Assembly: GCA_021513715.1 (NCBI GenBank)
Contig: CP084167.1
Span: 1,824,001-1,888,000 of the forward strand
Direction: 5' to 3'
Length of the DNA: 64,000 nt
Origin: Candidatus Heimdallarchaeum endolithica
Lineage (GTDB): Archaea > Asgardarchaeota > Heimdallarchaeia > Heimdallarchaeales > Heimdallarchaeaceae
Shown here: positions 48,088 through 57,357 of the stretch, piece by piece
How positions within the stretch are numbered: the stretch's first letter is position 1
Layout: each line of letters begins with the position of its first letter
Program-made: the position numbers and the translations under genes
The notes under the pieces: model-generated
The model's database searches: none
Seen by the model: only the letters and a program-made list of their open reading frames with translations
Told to the model about the DNA's origin: nothing

Positions 48088-48711
48088 TCACTTAATTACC
48101 CTTGTTTTAACAATATCACGTTTAACTTTATCTATTTCTTGAACATATTTTCTTGCTACTGAAATTGCAAACGACAATAATTCTTTCTCAGAGAAACCTA
48201 TTTCTTTCAAGCCTATAGCTTGAACATGGTTTGGCACTCCTGAGCTTAAAATGTTTATTCCAAAGTGGATTTTACCGCTATTTCCTCCAATTGTAGCAAC
48301 ACCCACATTTAGTTTTTTTCCACCAATATAAATATCAGTTCCTCTACGTTGTACTGAAGTAATACCCCGTTCAATTAATGATTCTATTATAACCATCGTT
48401 AAAATTCTAAGCCTATAATACATAATTTCTAAATTTGGAGGTTGAATATCAAATTCTTCAACTATAAAATGAATCACATCATCAGAACTTATTAGAACTT
48501 TTGCTAGATGGGACTCGTCTATAATATCTTTTAGATCAAGCATCTCTTTGGGAGTTAATTTCATACTTCCTCTAAATATCAACACACTGTTTCCTGGAAC
48601 ATTATAATGTTCATATGTGTATAGGGGATGTATCTGTAAACCATTGTAACATACCCCTTCATCGAAATTCAAATATTTAATTGAATAATTTTTTATTTTT
48701 TCTTCATCCAT
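48088..48711 (-). CDS. DUF366 family protein
   Basis: YNGLQI, FRG, DLKD, HFIVE, GTDIY..GKKL, IHFGIN. Confidence 0.8.
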   Translation of the reverse strand: MDEEKIKNYSIKYLNFDEGVCYNGLQIHPLYTYEHYNVPGNSVLIFRGSMKLTPKEMLDLKDIIDESHLAKVLISSDDVIHFIVEEFDIQPPNLEIMYYRLRILTMVIIESLIERGITSVQRRGTDIYIGGKKLNVGVATIGGNSGKIHFGINILSSGVPNHVQAIGLKEIGFSEKELLSFAISVARKYVQEIDKVKRDIVKTRVIK

Positions 48712-49666
48712 TATTCTTTTCCTCCAACAACTGTTTTTTCAAGTCACCTATAGTTGTGCAAACTTCAGCAACTGCATCATGTTGGTGAATACTCTCATAA
48801 TTAATTTGCTTTGCATATACTTGCACTTCATCTGGCAAATAACCAAACTTAAAAACTACATTCTGTAATAATGTTCTAATTACATCTTCAACAAAACCAG
48901 GCTTTTTATGTGCATATAATACTACTGCTTGTTCATCTTTTCTTTTTAGTACTTCATGAATTGGAGCACTCATACTTATTTCCATTAGTGCAATGATGTC
49001 ATCTAACTCAATTCGAGGAGAATCATCAGGCAACTCAAATAATAATGTTGCTTTTGATCTTTGATTATGCGCAGCTAGAGGGATTATATCCAAAATTTCA
49101 TTAATTTGTTCATCTGTATATCCTTTTTTCTTTAATTGCTCTTTAGCAAAATCACGAGACAATTCTTCTGAACAAGGACAAACTGTAGTTCCTTGTACTT
49201 CAGCCCCAATAATTTTTTTTATTCTAATTTCTCCATCAATGACTTCAGCTTTTGCTCCAGCTTTTAATTTATGAACACTCGATTTTTTCTTAAGAAGAGG
49301 TTCAGAGAACGTTTCAGCCTCATAGTTAGCCTCAAGCCTTACTTCCGAAAATTTAGCCCCATCTTGGATTTCTATAACTCTCTTTGCTATTCTCGAGCAT
49401 AATACTTCTGTATCTGAAATAACTTCACTAAGTAATTCCGCTGTAACTTCATTTATTGCCTCAATATTACGTGACATATGTATTCCTCTTTGAGTAGAAA
49501 CAAGATCTACATACACATCAATTTTAGCTGATAATTCATTATAGGAATTCTTCCATTTTCTTCTAATTATTTTAGGTATATTACTAACACCTACTCGTTG
49601 TAAACTTAACTTTATTAGTGCTTTATCAGCTTGCACATCAGAAATAATTTCACTATTTAAACTCAT
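48704..49666 (-). CDS. mptA: GTP cyclohydrolase FolE2/MptA family
   Basis: DVQ, RGIHMSR, TVCPCS, AHNQR, LKR.DE, FVED, ESIHQH. Confidence 0.9.
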   Translation of the reverse strand: MSLNSEIISDVQADKALIKLSLQRVGVSNIPKIIRRKWKNSYNELSAKIDVYVDLVSTQRGIHMSRNIEAINEVTAELLSEVISDTEVLCSRIAKRVIEIQDGAKFSEVRLEANYEAETFSEPLLKKKSSVHKLKAGAKAEVIDGEIRIKKIIGAEVQGTTVCPCSEELSRDFAKEQLKKKGYTDEQINEILDIIPLAAHNQRSKATLLFELPDDSPRIELDDIIALMEISMSAPIHEVLKRKDEQAVVLYAHKKPGFVEDVIRTLLQNVVFKFGYLPDEVQVYAKQINYESIHQHDAVAEVCTTIGDLKKQLLEEKNNG

Positions 49667-49674
49667 TTTTTCAC

Positions 49675-50499
49675 CTACAAGATATTAATTAATTTATGAA
49701 CTTGGACTGAAAGTCCAATATTTTCAGGGGGAAGATATTCACCAGCTATTTCAGTGAAAGACTTAATTTTATTCCATGTGGGAGATTTAAGCTCAAGTCC
49801 CTTTTTAGGAGTAACAGGCTGAATTACCAAGGGAATTTGATACTTACCACACATACTAGAAATATAATGGAAATCTTCTTCAGTTGATTTATTAGATATT
49901 ACGACTTTTGCAAATACTTTTACTCCACTTTTTTGTAGGATTTTACACATTTTGAGCTCTTGTTCAGCTAATTTTTTCCAATCTTTAGCTGATTGTGCAC
50001 TTCTATCTTTAATATCTACACAAGCATAGTCTATTTTATTGGAAATACGTTTTAACCCTAGGAGATCTTCAGTATATGCCGTTTCCAAATATAGTAGATA
50101 CCCTTTTTTCTTTAATTCGTTTACAAGTTCAGCAGCAAAATCTATTTGTAATAAGGGTTCTCCTCCAGTTAAACTAACAGAATGGAGATCTGACGTTCTT
50201 AGGTTATCTACAATTGCTACTAGTTGAGCAACTGAAATAGGGTTTTCAATTTTGTAAAATTCTTGCCCTCCTGCTTCTTTTTCTACAAGAATAAATTTTG
50301 GTTCCAATGTTTGAGCTTTAGGACTATCACACCACACACAACCTTTTGTTCCACAAACTCCAAGTGCTAAAGGGCAACCTGCCAAACGGATAAATATCTG
50401 TCTTAAACCATAACAGCTACCTGAAAGTGAAGCACCTTCACCTTGGAAAGAAGAGAATATTTCTTGTACAAAACCATATTTAGTTAGCTCTTTTTTCAT
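49675..50499 (-). CDS. queE: 7-carboxy-7-deazaguanine synthase (radical SAM)
   Basis: EIFSSFQGEG, FIRLAGC, CVWCD, TGGEP, YLET, QPVT, QVHK. Confidence 0.9.
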   Translation of the reverse strand: MKKELTKYGFVQEIFSSFQGEGASLSGSCYGLRQIFIRLAGCPLALGVCGTKGCVWCDSPKAQTLEPKFILVEKEAGGQEFYKIENPISVAQLVAIVDNLRTSDLHSVSLTGGEPLLQIDFAAELVNELKKKGYLLYLETAYTEDLLGLKRISNKIDYACVDIKDRSAQSAKDWKKLAEQELKMCKILQKSGVKVFAKVVISNKSTEEDFHYISSMCGKYQIPLVIQPVTPKKGLELKSPTWNKIKSFTEIAGEYLPPENIGLSVQVHKLINIL

Positions 50500-50600
50500 T
50501 ACTAGAAAGCACATTTAGGGGTAAATAAAAATTCTCTTTTAACAGAATAATAATTTTCAAATTTGTAAGTAAAAAAATAGAAAAAAGAATGATAAGCAGT

Positions 50601-51431
50601 TCACTCATATTTTCGTTTAATTGCGGACAAAACTCTTTCTTGCCAGTCAACTAACTTTTCAGCGAGCTCCTTATGTAAATCAGGATGTAAAGGAGCATCA
50701 ACTTTAAGTTTGTCAATTTTTTTCAACCAACTATTAATTTCATACAACATTGGGCTCATACCCACACTGGTTTCCACTTCATCACGCAATTCTTCAAGGA
50801 ATTTCAGAACAGAACTAGAAATTGATTGTGGACTTATCATCTGTGAGATGTGTTTAAACTTATTCTTTATTGCGTCCATTGCTACTTGTGCATCAGCAGA
50901 AGCAGTAGAAATATCTGGTTCTTCAGTTATCCCAGGTGAAGTGTATTCAATACTAGTTTCCTTTTGAGGAGCAGGTTCACTTATCTCGAAATTACTGCTA
51001 AGTACTTCAGAACTAGATAAAGTAGTTGCTGGAGCAGGCTCTGAAGGAATAGGCTTACGTTCAACCTTTTGAGGAACCTCTTGTTTTGAAACTTCAACTA
51101 ATTTTTTATCAAGATTTACTGTTAATTCCTCAATTTTTGTTTCTAAAAGTCCTAAAACATTTCGAATTGAAGGTATATCGGTTAAATACTGTAAATTTTC
51201 TAAGGATATATTAGCTAATTTATCACTAACAAGATAAAAACTATCAATCTTAGCTTTAAGGTTATCAACTTTTACGCTCAATTCATTTAAATTAAATCCG
51301 CCTATTTGTTTCTCAAAGTTTGATAATTGTTCAGAAAAATGACTTATTGTACTTTGAATTGCGTTTACAGATTCTGCTAAGGTGTTGATTGAATTAACTA
51401 ATTCTACAAGTTTATTTTCAACATCACTCAT
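50601..51431 (-). CDS. Hypothetical coiled-coil protein with Pro/Ser/Glu linker and helical C-terminal domain
   Basis: 276-aa ORF with heptad N-terminus. Confidence 0.75.
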   Translation of the reverse strand: MSDVENKLVELVNSINTLAESVNAIQSTISHFSEQLSNFEKQIGGFNLNELSVKVDNLKAKIDSFYLVSDKLANISLENLQYLTDIPSIRNVLGLLETKIEELTVNLDKKLVEVSKQEVPQKVERKPIPSEPAPATTLSSSEVLSSNFEISEPAPQKETSIEYTSPGITEEPDISTASADAQVAMDAIKNKFKHISQMISPQSISSSVLKFLEELRDEVETSVGMSPMLYEINSWLKKIDKLKVDAPLHPDLHKELAEKLVDWQERVLSAIKRKYE

Positions 51432-51636
51432 TTAATTTCACTTACTTGATTTTAATATAAATAACTATAAAAAATTTATTGCGAATGGAAATTTATTTTT
51501 TTGATAATAACACCCATTACTATTTTTAGAGAGAAAATAATTTTTAGAAACAAAAATGTAATATAAGCCTAATTAGATCTTATTTAGGAGAAGTCATAGT
51601 TTAAATAAAAATAAGAGAAAAGATGAAGAATCATCA

Positions 51637-51786
51637 TCATCTTTTTTGAAGTTCAAGCAATATTAACAATAGGGCAGCAATTACACCTTTTTCATCACCT
51701 GCTAATTTTTTAAATTCATCACGCTCAAGCATTTGAGCTACACTTCGCCATTGAATTAAAAGTTGAATGAGTTCTCTTTCCGACAT
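51637..51786 (-). CDS. Small hypothetical protein (49 aa), not in the ORF track
   Basis: MSERELIQLLIQWRSVAQMLERDEFKKLAGDEKGVIAALLLILLELQKR followed by three tandem TGA codons. Confidence 0.5.
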   Translation of the reverse strand: MSERELIQLLIQWRSVAQMLERDEFKKLAGDEKGVIAALLLILLELQKR

Positions 51787-52001
51787 AGCTATCAACGAAA
51801 TAAATTCACAAATTAAATTGATAAGTTTTGTGTAAGAAAAAACAAAAAGCTAAAAAAGTCAACTATATCTCGCCAAAGTTCAGAAAGTTTAATAGTTTTT
51901 AAAATGCTTTAAAAAATGAAAAAACAAAATTAACATAAAGGATAAAAATAAGAAAAATGTAATGGAAATATTAACGAAGAAAATATCAAGGAAGAATTAA
52001 T

Positions 52002-52472
52002 ATGAGCTTGGATAAAGAAGAATTTTTTGCAAGACTAGCAATTGAAGCAAATGAATTAAAACGTGAGCTTCCCACTTTTAAACCAATTGATGGAGATATG
52101 ACGCATTTACGTGGATTTATTTTTGGAACAGGTCTTTATGAAGGAGGAGTATTTGTTTTAGACATAATAATTCCAAGAGAATACCCATTTAAACCTCCAA
52201 AAGTGGAATGCTTAACGAAAATTTTTCATCCTAATTTCTTTAATCGAAGAATTTGTGTTGGGGTTTTAGGCGCAGATTGGACACCTGCAAATAATCTCGT
52301 TGATGTAATCGAAAGCATAAGGTTTTTACTTGGCGAACCAAACCCTGATGACCCCTTAAATTCCACAGCAGCTAACTTAATGAAAAGGGACCCTAAAGCG
52401 TTTGAACAAAAAGCCAGAGAATATGTAGAAAAATACGCATCATTTAGTCAAATACAAGAATATGGGTTATGA
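52002..52472 (+). CDS. Ubiquitin-conjugating enzyme E2
   Basis: YEGG.F, YPFKPPKV, FHPNF...ICV (catalytic Cys), WTPA, EPNPDDPLN. Confidence 0.95.
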   Translation: MSLDKEEFFARLAIEANELKRELPTFKPIDGDMTHLRGFIFGTGLYEGGVFVLDIIIPREYPFKPPKVECLTKIFHPNFFNRRICVGVLGADWTPANNLVDVIESIRFLLGEPNPDDPLNSTAANLMKRDPKAFEQKAREYVEKYASFSQIQEYGL

Positions 52473-52512
52473 TTTTAACTATTTAAAAAAATGTTTTTTA
52501 ACTTTATATTTC

Positions 52513-53516
52513 AAGCATGTCCAAAAATTAATTTTTATTAATGTGGGGGTTTATGTCGGAAGTATGAATTTCTTTCAGATCATAGACCCCCACAAAGCAA
52601 GAGAATTCATAATCATTAATGAACCTTTCCTTAAGAAACTGGTGAAAGAGGAACCGAGAGAAAGCAAGAGAGGGAGAAAGAGAATAGCAGAAAGATGGGT
52701 GATACTGGCTTTAGCAATCATTGCTAGAATAGAAGGGATAGCTTGGAGGAAGTTAGAGGAAAAGTTGTCTTTATGCGATTTTTTGATAGAAGAGGGGTGG
52801 ATGAAGAAGATTCCTTCTAAATCTACTTTTCATGCAGTGTGGAGAGCGACAGAAAGTAAAATCTTAGAGCAGTGGATAATAGATTTAGGTAGGGAAATAG
52901 TGAGGAAAAAAGGCTTGAAAGCTATGGCAGTGGATAGTTCAGGGTTTAAAATCCGTCAAGCTTCTGTTTGGCGTTTTCTCAAATGGTCAAGAGGGACACT
53001 AAAGAAAACCTCTAAACTTTTCTGGAAGATACACCTTATAGTTGGTTTACCCTCTCGAGCTATAGTCTCTCTCGCTCATTCTGCTAGTAACACTCACGAT
53101 AGTAAAGTCTTCGGTTTACTCTGGCAGAAACTTCCTTCTGCACTCTTGAGACCTTTCTTGCGATTTTATGGAGACTGTGCCTACTGGACAGAAAATATCG
53201 TTGGACTTCTTAGCCAACATTCCTTTTTCCCTGTTATTCCCCCAAAAAGTAATGCTCGTTATCCCTCTCCTCCTCCCCTCGGACCAATAGTTCAAGCTCA
53301 TCGTCTCTACCCTGGTCTGTATCGTCGTAATCATCATCCCGAGTATCGTAGTAGTATTGAACACGTCTTTGGTCTCCTTAAACTCTCTCTTCCCCCAATC
53401 CTTGATCGTTTACCCTCCACCATTCTCTCTACCTTGTACAGTTCTCTTCTCTGTTACAACTACCTTTTACTCCTTCGGACCGTTTAGTTGGTGAAAAAGA
53501 ATTTTTGGACATGCTT
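52513..53516 (+). mobile_element. IS5-like (DDE_Tnp_1) insertion sequence
   Basis: Perfect 17-bp IRs aagcatgtccaaaaatt (52513-52529)/aatttttggacatgctt (53500-53516); 6-bp TSD tatttc at 52507-52512 and 53517-53522. Confidence 0.92.
52564..53487 (+). CDS. DDE transposase (IS5/IS4-superfamily)
   Basis: AVDSSG, WKIH, HDS, GDCAY, YRSSIEHVFG; ATG inside the IRs at 52564. Confidence 0.88.
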   Translation: MNFFQIIDPHKAREFIIINEPFLKKLVKEEPRESKRGRKRIAERWVILALAIIARIEGIAWRKLEEKLSLCDFLIEEGWMKKIPSKSTFHAVWRATESKILEQWIIDLGREIVRKKGLKAMAVDSSGFKIRQASVWRFLKWSRGTLKKTSKLFWKIHLIVGLPSRAIVSLAHSASNTHDSKVFGLLWQKLPSALLRPFLRFYGDCAYWTENIVGLLSQHSFFPVIPPKSNARYPSPPPLGPIVQAHRLYPGLYRRNHHPEYRSSIEHVFGLLKLSLPPILDRLPSTILSTLYSSLLCYNYLLLLRTV

Positions 53517-53660
53517 TATTTCATTAAATAGTAGTTGTAATACGTGCATGTTGTTTCTAATGTTACTTATTTTAAATTGTATTAAATGCTAAGGTGAAAT
53601 GAACAACTGTGTTCATAGTATAATACATTACAATAATAGACATATTTAGGAAGTGAAAAA

Positions 53661-54269
53661 TTGAGCCTTGATCAAGTAAAAGGAGTAATCGAGATTGCAG
53701 GAGTAAAGTTTAGTGCATCTCAATTAATCAAAAGTTTAATAGATCAAGGTTTTTCAGTTTCATTTAATAATGGAAATTTACGCGTAGGACAAAGATTTTT
53801 GAAACCAGAACCTTTTATTGATAAAGAATATAAAACTTGTCCAATTATTGATGTATGTAAAAAATATGACGAAATTATCAAGGATGCCAAAAGAAAAATC
53901 CAATTTCCCCAATATATCAACAATAAGGAATTAATTGAAAAATCTGCATGCCGGCCTAAAAACTATGAACAAGGTACAACAATAAAAGATGAAATCTACG
54001 AAGATAATATTAATATTGACGATGAAATTTTTGATTATCCCCCTCTAAAAAAATCGCCTCTTGGCTTTTCAGACAAAAAGCAGAAAACACCTTCTCTAGC
54101 TTATGAGCAAGGAAATACATTTACTGAACCAAAGGAAATGATTGGAATAGGGACTTTGACTTTTGGACGCCCTATATCATCAAACAGAACAACTTGCTCT
54201 AAATGTGGAGCGATTGTGAACGAAGGTTGGCAATATTGTGGAAAATGTGGGAGTTATATAGAAAGATAA
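53661..54269 (+). CDS. Hypothetical protein with C-terminal double zinc ribbon
   Basis: CSKCG......YCGKCG. Confidence 0.7.
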   Translation: MSLDQVKGVIEIAGVKFSASQLIKSLIDQGFSVSFNNGNLRVGQRFLKPEPFIDKEYKTCPIIDVCKKYDEIIKDAKRKIQFPQYINNKELIEKSACRPKNYEQGTTIKDEIYEDNINIDDEIFDYPPLKKSPLGFSDKKQKTPSLAYEQGNTFTEPKEMIGIGTLTFGRPISSNRTTCSKCGAIVNEGWQYCGKCGSYIER

Positions 54270-54279
54270 CTTATCTTAA

Positions 54280-55563
54280 CTACTCTGCATCCACACACCC
54301 TTCAGGAGTAATTGCAAAAATAGCCTCTGATTCAGGTAAAACAGGAGAGTCATAAACTCGAATGATTCTTTTTTCACCTTTGCTTTTTCTTAGATAAAAC
54401 CTTGTTGTAGCCCAGTGACCCATTATATTTCCCCCAATTGCTTGAGTTGGATCACCAAAAAAAGCCCCAGGATTTGATTGTACTTGATTTGTTATAACCA
54501 CTGCAACATTATATGTATCTGCTATTCTACCTAGAATGCCTAAGTGGTAGTTCATAGTTTGTTGTCTTTCTGCTAATGTTCCTCTTCCTGCATATTCTGC
54601 TCGAAAGTGTGCTGTTGCAGAGTCAACAACCACAAGTCCATATTCATCTTTTTGGTTGAAAAATAACTCTAACAGTCTTTCTGATAAAGTCATTTGATGA
54701 TCAGAATTATATGCCCTTGCATAACTAATATCTTTTAGTACATCCTCAAAAGATTTTTTCCAACCTAATTCCCGTTGAAAACGTTCATGAATTGCTTTTA
54801 TCCTGCTTGGAGAAAAGGTCCCTTCTGTATCAATAAATACTGCTTTTTTTCCAGCTCCTCCTAATTCAATAGGTAGTTGGACAGTAACGCAAAGTTGGTG
54901 ACAAAGTTGAGATTTTCCTGACCTAAATGGACCGAAAAGTTCTATAGTTTCACCAAGTCTTACACCAGAAACCCCTAGTTCATCAATTGTAGTTAGTGCA
55001 TCAATATTTTTTACACCATATGTAAAACTAAGTATGGATTTCTGCTTTTCTAAAACATCCAAAGCGTTAACAAATTCTATTCCCCCACGGAGTTCTTTTA
55101 ATGCTTCCTTATATTTTTGTGCTGCAGCAGCAGTTATACCATATTTTTCTTCTAATTCTCTAATTGGAGTTGTTTCTATTAAGTAGACATTAAGTCCTTT
55201 TTCTCTTAACGTTTCTGCCGTTTTCCCACCAATACCTGGTATATCTTCTAAGTTTATCTCTTCTTTAAAATACTTATATTTAGGAACCATTTTTTTGATG
55301 GCTTCACGAATTTTTTTGGCAGTAGCTCTTTTTACACCCATAGACTGAAGTTCAAGAAGACTTGTTGTCATTATTTGATCAACATTTGTTATATTATTTT
55401 CTTCAAGAATCTTTGCTGTTTTATCTCCAAGTCCAGGAATGTCTTTTAGAGAAATACTTTCTACATCTATAAGAGATTCATCATTTTCTCCTTTTTCAAT
55501 AGATTCCTCATAGAACTCTTCAGCTTCTTTCACAAGATCTTCATCTTCATCTTTTTTACTCAT
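54280..55563 (-). CDS. radA: DNA repair and recombination protein RadA with duplicated N-terminal HhH domain
   Basis: GPFRSGKSQ, IDTEGTF, VVDS, FRAEY.GRG.LAERQQ, TNQV, LRKSKG, DSP.LPE. Confidence 0.95.
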   Translation of the reverse strand: MSKKDEDEDLVKEAEEFYEESIEKGENDESLIDVESISLKDIPGLGDKTAKILEENNITNVDQIMTTSLLELQSMGVKRATAKKIREAIKKMVPKYKYFKEEINLEDIPGIGGKTAETLREKGLNVYLIETTPIRELEEKYGITAAAAQKYKEALKELRGGIEFVNALDVLEKQKSILSFTYGVKNIDALTTIDELGVSGVRLGETIELFGPFRSGKSQLCHQLCVTVQLPIELGGAGKKAVFIDTEGTFSPSRIKAIHERFQRELGWKKSFEDVLKDISYARAYNSDHQMTLSERLLELFFNQKDEYGLVVVDSATAHFRAEYAGRGTLAERQQTMNYHLGILGRIADTYNVAVVITNQVQSNPGAFFGDPTQAIGGNIMGHWATTRFYLRKSKGEKRIIRVYDSPVLPESEAIFAITPEGCVDAE

Positions 55564-55647
55564 ATTGTGCACCGATAACTAAGTAAATTACCTTAACTAA
55601 CATAGATAGATTAAGCTATATAAAGTTAGTATTTTTTTAAAGATTTT

Positions 55648-56154
55648 TTAATAGTCTACTCCTTTCCTTGCAAAGATTCCTTTCTGGAAGGGGTGTCTAA
55701 TTTCTTTAATTACTAGATCAGAATCTATATTCTTGAAATCCTTGGATATTAGCCGCCCAGTAATAATTATTTTTTCGCTTGTTTGCTCAATTAAGGGGTA
55801 AATGTCTTTAATTTGCACAAGCTTATAATATAACACAAATCCTAACTCATCAAGGATTAACACATCATTTTTTGTATTTTTAATGTATTCTTTTACAATA
55901 GATATTTGCTCTTTGATGAATTCTCTAAACTCTTTTTCATTTTTCTGTGGAATAAAAAATTTTTCTTTTCCTATAGTAAACCAATTAAGATTAAATTTCT
56001 CTTTAATATACTTACACTCTCCACATTCTTTTCCTGTTTTCAGGAATTGAATTACTGTTACTTTTTTATTATCTATTAGAGATCTAAGTATTTTACCAAC
56101 AGCGTTTGTTGTCTTTCCTCTACCGTCCCCCCAAATAATTTCGATTTGCACCAT
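55648..56154 (-). CDS. cobA: Cob(I)alamin adenosyltransferase (CobA/BtuR type)
   Basis: GDGRGKTT, IQFLK, GE, LILDE, ITGR, RHPF..G..ARKGVDY. Confidence 0.85.
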   Translation of the reverse strand: MVQIEIIWGDGRGKTTNAVGKILRSLIDNKKVTVIQFLKTGKECGECKYIKEKFNLNWFTIGKEKFFIPQKNEKEFREFIKEQISIVKEYIKNTKNDVLILDELGFVLYYKLVQIKDIYPLIEQTSEKIIITGRLISKDFKNIDSDLVIKEIRHPFQKGIFARKGVDY

Positions 56155-56225
56155 AGAGATATAAAACAAATAAATATATATTAAGATTATCAGATGCTTT
56201 ATTTTTTATAAATAGATAAAACAAA

Positions 56226-56253
56226 TATTTCTATTTCAAATAAAATAGAAATA
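56226..56253. repeat. 11-bp inverted repeat between divergent genes (possible operator)
   Basis: tatttctattt 56226-56236 / aaatagaaata 56243-56253. Confidence 0.45.
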
Positions 56254-56345
56254 AATTTGATTCTATTATTTATTAACCCAAAACTTTTTTACAGATTTTT
56301 AACAAACTTGTACCATAAAGTAGCTTCATTCAAAATAATATAAAA

Positions 56346-57356
56346 GTGGTTACCGTGTCAGAAATAGTACAAGAAATAATTGATTCTGGTGCAATTTATC
56401 TAGTTAATCCAGCTTTAATTCAAACAACAGTAGATGACTTTTTAGATAAATATGGACATTTATTAGATGTAATTGGTTTATATGCAAAAGGGAGTAATGG
56501 TTTCACTTTTTTCCCCAGTAATAATGCCCCAAAACACCCAAATTTAAGCATTTATTTCCATTCCTTCTGCACCATTGCAGATAATATGGGAATAAAAGTT
56601 GATGCTTTTAGTCATGTACATCGAGACAGTTTTTTGGTTCAGAATGCTGATTTCAGAGTACAAAGTAGTGATGGCGAGAAAATTGATTTATTTGCATGCC
56701 CTAGCCATCCTTATATTAATCAATATAACTCTGCAATAGTTTCAGAGATAGTACAATATCCAGTAAATAAATTAGTTTTAGACAACATTTTATTTGCAAA
56801 TTTAAAAGCATGTTTCTGTGATAGATGTAGAAGATTATTTGCACAAAAGTGGAATATTGAACGAGATTTCAGTTATGATTTCTTAAAATCTAGAGATTTC
56901 TATGATAATTGGGTTGAATTTAGAACAACACTAATAGAAAATACTTTAAGAGAAATCACAGATTCGATGAAACGGATCAAGAATGTTGACTTAGCATTTA
57001 TAATTAAGGCAGATAAAGAAACCGATTATTTAACTGGAACAGAAAAAGTTTTTGGGCAAAACATAGCAAATATGCTTAAGATTACAAACAACTTAATAAT
57101 TCATGTTAATCCGTGGACAGAGATTCCATCTGCTGATAGCGAAGATTTTCAAATTCTTATTAATTCCCTTTCGTCACTATTAGAACTATCAAAAACAGGA
57201 GTTGACCATTCATTACTTTTCTGGGGTGTAAATAACAAAGAAAAATTGGATCTTGTTTTAAAATTAAGTGAGAATTTAAACCCAAATAATATTTATATTC
57301 AAGATATTAAGCCAACAGATTTCACAAAGTTAAGGCAAATTAATTTAGGTTTTTAA
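56346..57356 (+). CDS. Glycoside-hydrolase-like TIM-barrel protein
   Basis: AKG.NG.TFFPS, ACPSHP, LDNI, CFCDRCR..F, W.EFR. Confidence 0.65.
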   Translation: MVTVSEIVQEIIDSGAIYLVNPALIQTTVDDFLDKYGHLLDVIGLYAKGSNGFTFFPSNNAPKHPNLSIYFHSFCTIADNMGIKVDAFSHVHRDSFLVQNADFRVQSSDGEKIDLFACPSHPYINQYNSAIVSEIVQYPVNKLVLDNILFANLKACFCDRCRRLFAQKWNIERDFSYDFLKSRDFYDNWVEFRTTLIENTLREITDSMKRIKNVDLAFIIKADKETDYLTGTEKVFGQNIANMLKITNNLIIHVNPWTEIPSADSEDFQILINSLSSLLELSKTGVDHSLLFWGVNNKEKLDLVLKLSENLNPNNIYIQDIKPTDFTKLRQINLGF

Positions 57357-57357
57357 A

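Noticed and set aside
52462-52563. N-terminal extension of the IS5-like transposase
   Set aside because: It begins outside the left inverted repeat
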